From Candidatus Hydrogenedentota bacterium (GTDB lineage: Bacteria; Hydrogenedentota; Hydrogenedentia; Hydrogenedentales; SLHB01), in assembly GCA_963668025.2 (NCBI GenBank), contig CAXXTH010000010.1, positions 512,001 through 576,000 on the forward strand: a stretch of 64,000 nt of DNA, read 5' to 3'. Under the pieces are notes generated by a model. It was not told where the DNA came from and searched no databases. It saw only the letters and a program-made list of their open reading frames with translations. Positions within the stretch are counted from its first letter, which is position 1; each line of letters starts with the position of its first letter. Positions 10,798 through 19,360 of the stretch are shown piece by piece. Made by a program: the position numbers and the translations under genes.

Positions 10798-11955
10798 CTA
10801 TTGGTATTGTTTTGACGGCAGCCAGGGTTCTTCTTCCGCATCATCCATGGCTATCTGGGCGACGGCAGTCCATCTTCGAATGCTATCAATAAACTCGCCG
10901 GCATTCGCCGAGAGGGGAGTAAGGCCAGAAGTGACGATGTAATAATCGCGCCCTTGGCATTTTCGGATTATGGAGCGCATTTTCCGATCCATTTCCGCGG
11001 AGGTGGCGCATAGCACATCATTCGGATGCAGGCTAATAGCCAGCCGCTTGCTGGGCGGGATGTTGCGCAGCGATTCATCCAGGTCCGTCCAGGGGCTCAC
11101 CTCGAGCACCGGAAGGGATTGTATTTCCAGAAGATACTGCTGCACCGGAGCCTGGTTTCCACAGGAATGAATATACGAGATCCCGCCATGAAACGCCTCG
11201 ATCTCTAGGTATCGCGGCAAGACAAAATCCGCGAACATGCCCGGGGCGATGAACGGGATATTGATCCAGTCATCGCCGATATTGGCTGGTTGAAGGCGCA
11301 CGCCGAAATGACGGGCGTATGCTTCATGCCATTGGCATCGCTGTTCGGTTAAGAAGCGCAGCAAATCATGTACAAATGTGGGGCGTTCCATGGTATCCGC
11401 CAGAAATGCCGTGTAGCCGCGAAGCTGGATGGCAAGATCAAGGCAGCCGCGCCACCAGAACATATTGAACAGAACCGGCAGCCGCTCATCCACCAGCGCC
11501 CGAATGTCGTCGTACCATTGCAGCACGCGCGGCATCCAGCCGCTGTCGTAAAAATCCACCGGATGGAGCAGGCTTAAATCCGCTTCGCGGGATAAGGGGT
11601 GGTCTTCCTGCAAACAGGGCACGCCTTCCGCGTTGAACTCCACCTCCATGCCGGCGTAGGTATATTCGGGATAGTGGGAGAGCCATGCGGGCATATCCAG
11701 CGTCAACGGCGCTTGATCAAGCGGGAAATGCTCCCATCGCCATAATTTTTGTCGCAGGGTTTGCTCCACATAAAAAGCGGGGTCGGTGAAATATCGATGC
11801 ACGTCATATGAGAAGAGCTTGGCCCATGCGATGGGCTCTTCTATATTGAAGACGGCGCGGCGTTTCCGCTCAAACCGTTTCTCATTGGCCTCACTGGAAG
11901 CGGCCTCTTCTAATCGGTAAATGAGTTCATCAATTCTCGCCGCTGCATCCGGCAT
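10798..11955 (-). CDS. Uroporphyrinogen decarboxylase/MtaA-like (URO-D fold) protein
   Basis: LRG...F..D..E.P..VH.LL, GDD, P.MF.DFVLP.Y, YIHSCG, VSPWTD motifs. Confidence 0.75.
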   Translation of the reverse strand: MPDAAARIDELIYRLEEAASSEANEKRFERKRRAVFNIEEPIAWAKLFSYDVHRYFTDPAFYVEQTLRQKLWRWEHFPLDQAPLTLDMPAWLSHYPEYTYAGMEVEFNAEGVPCLQEDHPLSREADLSLLHPVDFYDSGWMPRVLQWYDDIRALVDERLPVLFNMFWWRGCLDLAIQLRGYTAFLADTMERPTFVHDLLRFLTEQRCQWHEAYARHFGVRLQPANIGDDWINIPFIAPGMFADFVLPRYLEIEAFHGGISYIHSCGNQAPVQQYLLEIQSLPVLEVSPWTDLDESLRNIPPSKRLAISLHPNDVLCATSAEMDRKMRSIIRKCQGRDYYIVTSGLTPLSANAGEFIDSIRRWTAVAQIAMDDAEEEPWLPSKQYQ

Positions 11956-11994
11956 GGCTTGCGCTCCCCGGGTTTAGATGAATGCGACACATCC

Positions 11995-12489
11995 TCAGAC
12001 TGGAAGAGAAAATTCGAAGGGGCCGATTTTCCTCACATCAATATCATCACTTGGCGTCCGCTCCTCGAGTGCGAGCAGAAAACCGGCCGTTGGGCCTACC
12101 GGAAATGACGGGGTGTGCCATATTCCCCTTCCCACCACAAGGGCCTTGGCGCCATCCACAAGAAACAAACGCAGCGTATCCAGATCGGGCGACGCATGAG
12201 GATCATTCCAATCGCCGCCTGCCGCGATCGGCATGATGGAAACGCCTCCCATGGGAATGAATACCTCGTGGGAACGGCAATGGCGCTCAAGCTCTTCCAC
12301 GATGGGTTGACGCTGATGCATCTCCAGAAATCCCCATACGGGATTGTCGTGAAATCCTATCTCCGCCAACGTATGCCAATATCCCAGCCAGCCTTTATCG
12401 ATATCGGCCGTTCGAGAGGGACGCCCCAATACACGGCCATAGGGCCTAAATGCCTCTTCACTCAACGGTTCGATCTGTAGCGTGCGCAT
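11995..12489 (-). CDS. Ureidoglycolate lyase (AllA)-like cupin protein
   Basis: EPLSEEAFRPYG, LERH..SHEVFIP, GIWH motifs. Confidence 0.75.
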   Translation of the reverse strand: MRTLQIEPLSEEAFRPYGRVLGRPSRTADIDKGWLGYWHTLAEIGFHDNPVWGFLEMHQRQPIVEELERHCRSHEVFIPMGGVSIMPIAAGGDWNDPHASPDLDTLRLFLVDGAKALVVGRGIWHTPSFPVGPTAGFLLALEERTPSDDIDVRKIGPFEFSLPV

Positions 12490-12689
12490 GAATCAACACC
12501 TCCGCCGGCCATGCCGGTGTAAACAAGAAAGGCAGGGCGCATGAGTAGAAAACGTTTGCTATGCCGCGGCCATCCCTCTCACCTGCTATTTCCACCAGTA
12601 GATCACTACCCGATACCTTCGCTCTATGCTACGCCGTTCCCGGCTGCCTATTCCATAAACACACCGCCAGACCCCAGAATCGAGCGAGA

Positions 12690-12710
12690 GCAAGAAAGCG
12701 CTTTCCTTGC
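12690..12710. promoter_or_regulatory. LacI-family operator-like palindrome
   Basis: gcaagAAAGCGCTTTccttgc just downstream of the promoter; a second weaker site gaaaacgtttgc near 12548. Confidence 0.65.
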
Positions 12711-12715
12711 CGCGT

Positions 12716-12744
12716 AGTATACACCCCTCCGCAAAGACTGTCAA
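12716..12744 (-). promoter_or_regulatory. sigma70 promoter of the sugar operon
   Basis: TTGACA (12739-12744), 17 bp, TATACT (12716-12721) on the minus strand. Confidence 0.8.
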
Positions 12745-12850
12745 TGCCCCGCGAAACGGGTGTTTCGGATAGCATTATTGGATGGTTTTCAAATGCGTGG
12801 CCTAGCCGCAGCCAAAGAGCCGGATTTTGAGACCACTAAATAAAATTTAT

Positions 12851-12874
12851 GTAGGGTGGGGCTTGCCCCACCGC
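12851..12874 (+). repeat. Single GTAG-type REP-like unit
   Basis: gtagggtggggcttgccccaccgc; relatives at 23921-23943 (reverse) and near 34587-34610. Confidence 0.55.
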
Positions 12875-13245
12875 TCAAGGGATACACCTATATAGTGGCT
12901 GGCATATCTATTTGATATGAAATTGTTTCTCACGAATATCCTCGCAAGAAAACAATACTTTCATTGATAGTAGTACAAGAATAAACTCTCTGTTTTTGTG
13001 TCTCTTGAGTCTTCTGAGGCCAGTTCTCCGCATTTTTATGGCATGCGTTTTCAAGCGATAAAGAGTGAAAATATGGGCATTTTATGCAATTGCCCTAATC
13101 GGGGGCCTATGGTGCTGAAGTTTTCCTTATGTTATTATTGAAACCGTACTACTATCTGGCAAAAAACAATCGTTCGCGAGGGTATATTCTGGATTTTTCA
13201 TCACGGAGACACGGTACGTTGTACGTATGATTGAGGGAAAACGAT

Positions 13246-14139
13246 ATGCACGATCAGAAAATATGCGCCGAACTAGATCGGGTCGTGGACAGCGCCAGTC
13301 ATGGTGATCCCAACGCATTCTCTCAGGCATCAAACGCGTTGGGCGAGTTATTGTATCAACAGGAAGGCCCGCTCGATTCAACCAGTTTTGATGCCATATT
13401 GCGCGTATTCCGACTTCCTTCGGTAAGGTCCATGGAGGATTTCAATTTTCTATGGTCCAGCATTGCATATTTGTCTCAATGCAATCCTGAAAGAAAAGAA
13501 GAAATAGAATTATTTGTACGTGATGAGCTGGAGCGCTCCTTCGCGGAAATCAGGTCCACTCTTGAACAAGGCTCGTCGTTTTCAGCCGGGACTATTGAGC
13601 CGTTTGACACCATTTTATCGGTGGCATTGAGCATGGGAAAGGAAAACGCGGAGCTCCGGGCGGAATATGAAACATGCATCGTCGAAAACCTGCGGGCCAT
13701 ACTTGAACCTGGCTTGATGAACCAGTCCACGGAATCATCGAAAGTGCTTGATGAATTGCTCTTCCACGGAAATGGCCTTAGCCAGGAAGCACAACAGAAT
13801 ATCGGCGAAATGTTGGGTGAGCTTTTCATGCATTCCTACAGCGTCATTGCCGAGGGGGCCGCTTATTTCATCGCGGAGGTGATGCAACCGGAAGAGACTC
13901 TTCGCCTGTTTTCCCAACTCGCGCGGCAATGCGTCTTCAATAAAGAACGCCTATCTATCCTTTCCTTTTCCTTGGGAGATACATTGGGTCGATATCAGCC
14001 AGGTTTGGGAAACGCCATTCACCAGGCCTGCGCGCCGAAACGGGAAGAGCCGGTGTACGTATTCGTGTTGCATACTCAAATGATGCTGGCGCTATTGGAA
14101 ACGTTTATCCGGCGTGGCATATCTTGTGGCGCTCACTAA
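13246..14139 (+). CDS. Hypothetical acidic, helical protein
   Basis: 298-codon ORF with GAGGG RBS, followed by a hairpin plus T-run; no recognised motif. Confidence 0.65.
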   Translation: MHDQKICAELDRVVDSASHGDPNAFSQASNALGELLYQQEGPLDSTSFDAILRVFRLPSVRSMEDFNFLWSSIAYLSQCNPERKEEIELFVRDELERSFAEIRSTLEQGSSFSAGTIEPFDTILSVALSMGKENAELRAEYETCIVENLRAILEPGLMNQSTESSKVLDELLFHGNGLSQEAQQNIGEMLGELFMHSYSVIAEGAAYFIAEVMQPEETLRLFSQLARQCVFNKERLSILSFSLGDTLGRYQPGLGNAIHQACAPKREEPVYVFVLHTQMMLALLETFIRRGISCGAH

Positions 14140-14154
14140 AACTGCGAGCGGCCT

Positions 14155-14178
14155 AGGCCTTATCAAGAGGCCTTTTTC
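14155..14178 (+). terminator. Possible intrinsic terminator
   Basis: aggcct-tatcaag-aggcct followed by a T-run. Confidence 0.45.
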
Positions 14179-14384
14179 ATCTAACATGCACTCGTTTTAA
14201 TATATTTAACATCTTTATGGAACGAAATGAAAAAATAAACATACTATATGGCGGTATGTCTGGCGCGAGATGGTGTCTAGTTGTGTTTACATGCCTCAAT
14301 TAATTCTTGACAAATTTTCCGAGTTTCATTACTATGGCTATGGCATAGAGATCCAGATGGGGATGCTCTCGTAAAGGACCGGCC

Positions 14385-17045
14385 ATGGAGAACACAGAAC
14401 TTCGAGGCCTGATCGATGCGCTCGATGATCTGCCCACCCTGCCATCGGTAGTGGTGCAGTTGCTCGAGTTGACACAGGACGATTTTGCCGATGCGGCGAG
14501 CATTGCCCGGGTCATCGAATCGGACCAAACACTTACCGCCCGCATTTTGCGCCTTGTAAACTCCTCGTTCTACACCTTTGATAGCGAGGTGACTACGGTG
14601 TCCCGGGCGGTGGCGGCCATCGGGCTTAATTCCATTCGTTGCATCGCCTTAGGCATGGGCGTCGCGCGCATGTTTCCCAAACACAGCGGGACTGGCGCGT
14701 TTCGGATGGAGGATTTTTGGAAGCATTCACTGGCCTGCGCCGTAGCCTCGAAACTGCTCGCGGAGGGAAGCTCGCGCTCCATCGATCCGGATGAAGCGTT
14801 TGTGGCGGGCCTTCTGCATGATATTGGCAAGCTCGTGCTGCTTTCTTGCCGCAGCGAGTTGTATGATGCCGCCGTGGCGAGGGCCAAGGAAAACGGTTTA
14901 TCGCTGCTGGAGTCGGAACGCCGCTCGCTGGGCGCAAGCCATACGGAAGCGGGAAAATGGTTTAGCGAACGCTGGGGCCTTCCCGATGTGCTCACGCAGG
15001 CCATTTGGCTTCATCACCAGCCCACGGGGTCCGTGGGGAAGGAATTTCGCGCGCCGCTAATCTATACCGTCCAGGTGGCGGATGCCTTGGCCCATTTGCT
15101 TCGGATCGGCGCGAGCGGCAACGACAAGGTGGTGGGCATTGATGATGCGCAAATCGCCGAGATTGGCGTCGCCCATCAGTATATTGATGAGTTGAAGCGG
15201 ACGCTTTGGGATCGCGTCGAAGAATACTCATGCGCGGTGGACCTTGACCTGAAGAAAGCGGATTTATATATCGAATCGCTGGAACGGGCCAATCAAAAAT
15301 TATCCAAGCTGTCCCTCAAGTTCGAGGAACAAAACCGCCAGCTCACACGGCGCGAGCGGCGTTTTCGCGCGCTGCATGAAATAAACACCAAGCTCATACT
15401 TGGGCAGAGCATGCCGGAGGTGATGAGCCTGTTGTCGCAAGGGCTTCGGGATGGTTATGACATCACCAATGGCTTGTGCTATGTCGCGAACACCCAAAGC
15501 TATATGCTGCATGGCGTGATGTGGAAAGCGGGCGCACGCAGCCAGGAATTCTCGCTTGCGGTGCAGAGTGATGGCCGCATTGACACCTCGAAAGCCGCCG
15601 TACTAGACCCGGGCATGCAAATGTTGCTGGCGGAAACGGCCCTCCAGTTTGACGGTTTCGGCTGGCTGGGGCGGACGATGACGGAGATCATGCGGCGTAA
15701 AGAGCTTCTGATCGTGCCCATGGTCAGCGAAGGGCGCAGCCTGGGACAATTGGTGCTGGATTTTCGCGGCGAAAAGTGTCCGCCGAATTTTGATCCCGGC
15801 ATGGGCGAGATCATGGCGTTCGCGTCGGCGGCCGGACTTGCGGTGTCGCGGGTGCAAGTGCATGAAACCTTGCGCCGGCGGTCAGAAGAGCTGGCCGGCG
15901 CTATCCGGAAAAAGGAAACGGCTTACAAGGAATTGCTGCATTCCGAGCGTCTAGCGGCTGTAGGCAAAATGGCGGCGGGCGCGGCCCATGAGGTGAATAA
16001 TCCGCTCGCGATCATTTCGGGCCGGGCGCAAATGATGCTCCAGCGGGAACGGAGCGACGATGAGTCCAAGCAGCTTCAATTGATTGTCGATCAATGCAGC
16101 CGTGCGTCGAAAATCCTCAACGATTTGATGCGGTTTGCCCGCCCCGCCCTGCCAAAGAAGGAAGTGGTGGGCGTCAATAGCGTCGTGTATGAAGTGCTGG
16201 ATATGTTCGATCACCGGTATGAAAAACAGGGTATCTCCCTGCAACGGGAATTCGCGACGGACCTGCCGAAAGTAATGATTGACAAGCATCAGATCCAGCA
16301 AGTGCTGGTGAACCTCCTGATTAATGCCGAGCATGCCATCACGGCCCCTGGAACGGTTACGGTGCGCACCAGCCTGCATAGTTCAGGAAGCAAAGTGTGC
16401 ATTGCGGTAGGCGATACGGGTTGCGGCATTCCTCGAGAGCACCTGCACAGCATATTCGAGCCGTTTTTTACGACAAAAGAAGAAGGCCAAGGAACCGGGC
16501 TGGGCTTGTCGCTCGCGCATGGGATTGTCACCAGCCATCAAGGCGTGATCACGGTCCAAAGCGAAGTCGGCAAAGGCACGACGTTCACGATTTCACTGCC
16601 GCCCGCCGTGGATGTGGCGAACGTGAAATCGGATGAAACGCCCCCCGAGACTAAGCCTGCCGTGCAGGCCGCACCCATGCGGAAACGTATCCTGGTCGTG
16701 GATGATGAACAGGAAGTGCGTTCGCTGATTGCGGAGGCTATGTCGCATTCGGGCTATGAGGTGACACAAGCCGAGAACGGCTTGGTGGCCCTCCAGCTCG
16801 CGCGGCGGATGGTCTTTGACCTAATGACCGTGGATATCCGCATGCCGCGCATTGACGGCATGGCTATGCTCCGGGCATTGCGTGAACGCGGCGGCAAAAC
16901 CCCTGTCGTTGTGATAACCGGCATGGCTTCTGACGAGGAAATCGATGAAGCCCGTGCGCTGGGAGTGGCGGTGGTGATCCGTAAGCCGTTTGAAGTAAGC
17001 GAGCTGCTGAGCGAAGTGTCTAAGGCCCTCACCGCGAAGCGATAA
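14385..17045 (+). CDS. HDOD-domain hybrid histidine kinase (HDOD-GAF-like-HisKA-HATPase-REC)
   Basis: LPTLP/DQTLTARILRLVNS/GLLHDIGK (HDOD); AHEVNNPL; NLLINA; FFTTK..GQGTGLGL; ILVVDD..DIRMP..KPF. Confidence 0.92.
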   Translation: MENTELRGLIDALDDLPTLPSVVVQLLELTQDDFADAASIARVIESDQTLTARILRLVNSSFYTFDSEVTTVSRAVAAIGLNSIRCIALGMGVARMFPKHSGTGAFRMEDFWKHSLACAVASKLLAEGSSRSIDPDEAFVAGLLHDIGKLVLLSCRSELYDAAVARAKENGLSLLESERRSLGASHTEAGKWFSERWGLPDVLTQAIWLHHQPTGSVGKEFRAPLIYTVQVADALAHLLRIGASGNDKVVGIDDAQIAEIGVAHQYIDELKRTLWDRVEEYSCAVDLDLKKADLYIESLERANQKLSKLSLKFEEQNRQLTRRERRFRALHEINTKLILGQSMPEVMSLLSQGLRDGYDITNGLCYVANTQSYMLHGVMWKAGARSQEFSLAVQSDGRIDTSKAAVLDPGMQMLLAETALQFDGFGWLGRTMTEIMRRKELLIVPMVSEGRSLGQLVLDFRGEKCPPNFDPGMGEIMAFASAAGLAVSRVQVHETLRRRSEELAGAIRKKETAYKELLHSERLAAVGKMAAGAAHEVNNPLAIISGRAQMMLQRERSDDESKQLQLIVDQCSRASKILNDLMRFARPALPKKEVVGVNSVVYEVLDMFDHRYEKQGISLQREFATDLPKVMIDKHQIQQVLVNLLINAEHAITAPGTVTVRTSLHSSGSKVCIAVGDTGCGIPREHLHSIFEPFFTTKEEGQGTGLGLSLAHGIVTSHQGVITVQSEVGKGTTFTISLPPAVDVANVKSDETPPETKPAVQAAPMRKRILVVDDEQEVRSLIAEAMSHSGYEVTQAENGLVALQLARRMVFDLMTVDIRMPRIDGMAMLRALRERGGKTPVVVITGMASDEEIDEARALGVAVVIRKPFEVSELLSEVSKALTAKR

Positions 17046-17096
17046 AGCGCGCATAAGCGTACAGCAGCATAACTGCAACCAAAGATCCGGATTTTG

Positions 17097-17199
17097 CACC
17101 ACGAAGAAACGAAGAACACGAAGATTTTCCATAGATGGCGCAGATGACACAGATGTAAATATAGAATTGATATCTTTTTGCTTCGTGTTCTTCGTGGTG
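17097..17199. repeat. Inverted pair of ~9-bp-period short repeats
   Basis: caccacgaagaaacgaagaacacgaag ... cttcgtgttcttcgtggtg enclosing ccatagatggcgcagatgacacagat. Confidence 0.6.
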
Positions 17200-17357
17200 G
17201 AAACCTGGTCTCTAACGAGTTTATGTATATTGATTTATACAGAAAATCCATGCAAAGAAACAAGATTTCGCAAATAGTAGTATGGATTCAATGCCTTTAC
17301 GGGCTTATTGCATCGACGTCGGCCCCAAACCGCAGTGTTCATACAAACACGGGATAA

Positions 17358-18449
17358 CTACATCCGCGCGATTTCCTCCTGGTGTTTCCGGTAAAGACCC
17401 CTAAACTGGTGGTACGTAAGGCCAAGGAGTTCGGCAGCGTGCCGCTGATTGAATTGGGCCTTGCGGAGCGCCTGCCGGAGCAACCTCAATTCGAGCTGGC
17501 ATATGGCCTCATTGAAAGGCAGGTTTAAGAGATCGCTGGGAGCGCTGGGCGGTCGTGAGGGCGGTTCAGGTTCCGGCTGTCCGGGAATGGGTGAGACGGG
17601 TTCAATCGCCGTGGACGATGCATACGGCGGCTCGAAGGGATCGAACACCACTTCCTCCGCCGTAATGAGGTTGTCGTCGGAGCGGTATACGGCGCGTTCG
17701 ATGACGTTCTTTAGTTCCCGCACATTGCCAGGCCACTGGTACTTTTCGAGGAGTTGCGCCGCTCCTTCGGTGAAAACCGGCATTTCATCCAGCTTGAGTT
17801 CATATGCCATGCGGTTGGCGAAATGGGACGCCAGCAGCATAATGTCTTCGCTCCGTTCCCGCAACGGCGGCACAAAGAGCACTTCAAAAGATAAGCGGTC
17901 CAGCAGGTCGCTTTTAAAACGCTCCTGGCGGACCAATTCGCGCAGATCGGCGTTTGTGGCTCCAATGATCCGCACATCCACCTGCACGGATTGAGAACCG
18001 CCCACGCGCTCGAACGCGCCATATTCAACGGCCCGCAGAATCTTCTCTTGGGTTTCTATGGGGATATTCCCGATTTCATCCAGGAAAAGGGTGCCCCCGT
18101 TCGAAGCCTCGAAACGCCCCACCCGGCGCCGCGCCGCGCCCGTGAATGCCCCTTCTTCATGGCCGAATAATTCCGATTCGATGAGCGAGGCCGGGAGGGC
18201 GGCGCAATTCAGCGCTACAAACGGCTCCTGCCACCGGCTGGATAGAAAATGGAGCCGCGCCGCCGCAAGCTCTTTGCCGGACCCCCGTTCGCCAATAATC
18301 AATACCGAACGGTCCACGCGCGCCACACGCGATAGGCATTCCTGAAAGGTGAGGAATACCTCGGATTGCCCCAAAGCCTCTCGTATCTCGGTAGGGGGTT
18401 GATTAGGCGTCTTATGGTTGTGAGAGGAGCCGTTCATGGAATTTGCCAT
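17358..18449 (-). CDS. pspF: Phage shock protein transcriptional activator PspF (sigma54 bEBP lacking a regulatory domain)
   Basis: [69 protein letters not shown] tail; divergent from pspC. Confidence 0.92.
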   Translation of the reverse strand: MANSMNGSSHNHKTPNQPPTEIREALGQSEVFLTFQECLSRVARVDRSVLIIGERGSGKELAAARLHFLSSRWQEPFVALNCAALPASLIESELFGHEEGAFTGAARRRVGRFEASNGGTLFLDEIGNIPIETQEKILRAVEYGAFERVGGSQSVQVDVRIIGATNADLRELVRQERFKSDLLDRLSFEVLFVPPLRERSEDIMLLASHFANRMAYELKLDEMPVFTEGAAQLLEKYQWPGNVRELKNVIERAVYRSDDNLITAEEVVFDPFEPPYASSTAIEPVSPIPGQPEPEPPSRPPSAPSDLLNLPFNEAICQLELRLLRQALRKAQFNQRHAAELLGLTYHQFRGLYRKHQEEIARM

Positions 18450-18504
18450 AGCAAACCTCGCTAATATGTTGCTTCTTACGCCACAGGATAGCATTTTTCG
18501 CCAA
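18448..18504. promoter_or_regulatory. Two PspF-type upstream activating sequences
   Basis: ATAGCA-aacc-TCGCTAA (18448-18464) and ATAGCA-tttt-TCGCCAA (18488-18504), 40 bp apart, resembling the E. coli psp UAS as recalled (TTAGTGTAATTCGCTAA). Confidence 0.65.
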
Positions 18505-18580
18505 CATTTTGCAAGGGCCTTTTTTAAGCTATTCTGGCGCAACCCATTCATTTCATTGTTGTTGCAAGAAAATCGGCTGC

Positions 18581-18596
18581 TTGGCATGCGATTTGC
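18581..18596 (+). promoter_or_regulatory. sigma54 (-24/-12) promoter
   Basis: TTGGCATGCGATTTGC: GG at 18583 and GC at 18595, canonical spacing; next to pspF. Confidence 0.88.
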
Positions 18597-18607
18597 CATA
18601 GAGTAGA

Positions 18608-18846
18608 TATTGAAGGGGAATCACAGAGGTGGTTGAACGGCCCGAGCAGGAAGCGCGGGCGATACATCAACACCCCGGTTCCTTAACTGCGCACGGAGCG
18701 GAAGCGATTTGGAGGCGTGGAAACTGTGGACCAATGGGAGGTCCGCAACCCGAACCCTGAACCCGTCCACGCTTCGAGAAAGCCAACGCTCCGTGCGCGT
18801 CATCTCAGTAAACACTGCGCGGGCGAAAAAACAAACCCCGCGCGCA
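18608..18846 (+). ncRNA. Candidate structured ncRNA or long 5' leader transcribed from the sigma54 promoter
   Basis: Nested stems: 18615-22/18677-84, 18628-36/18667-74, 18640-44/18656-60; perfect 12-bp 18689-700/18787-98, 18712-21/18766-75, 18725-32/18740-47; 18817-23/18837-43. No convincing ORF. Confidence 0.55.
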
Positions 18847-18892
18847 AAAGAATAGAGAATGGAATCTGCGCATAAAAGGAGGGAGTACAAAG

Positions 18893-18976
18893 GTGCGCGG
18901 CGCGGACAGGAAACTTAATGAGCTATACAGGGATTATTATTACAACGTAGCCGGATGCGGAAAGCTTGCCGAGTGA
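18893..18976 (+). CDS. Putative 27-aa small protein (MRGADRKLNELYRDYYYNVAGCGKLAE)
   Basis: AGGAGG RBS at 18878-18883, then GTG...TGA; no homology recognised. Confidence 0.3.
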   Translation: MRGADRKLNELYRDYYYNVAGCGKLAE

Positions 18977-19018
18977 AAAGGCTGGGCGCGGCGCAAGGCA
19001 TGGCGGCAGGAGGTGGGC

Positions 19019-19249
19019 ATGTCGATGGAATATGGATACGAGCATAAGGGGCTCTACCGCTCCCGCACGGGTATGCTTTTTGGCGTGTGTAAAGGGCTGG
19101 CGGAGTATTTTGATCTATCACTGTTTTGGCTGCGGGTGATTGTGCTGGTGTTGTTTGTCAGCACGGGATTCATCCCAGCGGGTCTGGCATATATTTTAGC
19201 GGCGCTGTTGATGAAGCTTGAGCCGCGATATTCCGCCTATACGGAATAA
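19019..19249 (+). CDS. pspC: PspC domain membrane protein
   Basis: LYRSR.GM.FGVCKGLAEYFD...LRVI...AYI.AAL.M; AGGAGG RBS. Confidence 0.9.
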   Translation: MSMEYGYEHKGLYRSRTGMLFGVCKGLAEYFDLSLFWLRVIVLVLFVSTGFIPAGLAYILAALLMKLEPRYSAYTE

Positions 19250-19360
19250 AGGCCTCTCTCCGAGAGCGGAGCCGCACACCCTCATGGTATGTTTCCTCCC
19301 ACTCCCCCCTGGCAGCATCCATGGCGGCTCCGCTCCTTCCTTGTACTCCACTTGGCCCGT

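Noticed and set aside
18629-18760. 43-codon GTG ORF overlapping the folded RNA
   Set aside because: The start is buried in a stem and the product resembles neither PspA nor PspB.
18747-18764. Telomerase-template-like aacccgaaccctgaaccc
   Set aside because: No reverse transcriptase in the window, and the motif is too short to support the analogy.
18948-18983. Group II intron domain V-like string (agccggatgcggaaag) with gtgcg at 18893
   Set aside because: The 3' arm of domain V, domain VI and an RT ORF are absent, and the span is far too short.
18608-19015. CsrB/RsmZ-like sRNA (about 17 GGA motifs), or 6S/SRP RNA identity
   Set aside because: The strand is G-rich so the GGA count is not clearly above chance, and most GGAs are in stems. 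There is no SRP domain IV motif or single 6S-type rod. Left as an unassigned RNA.
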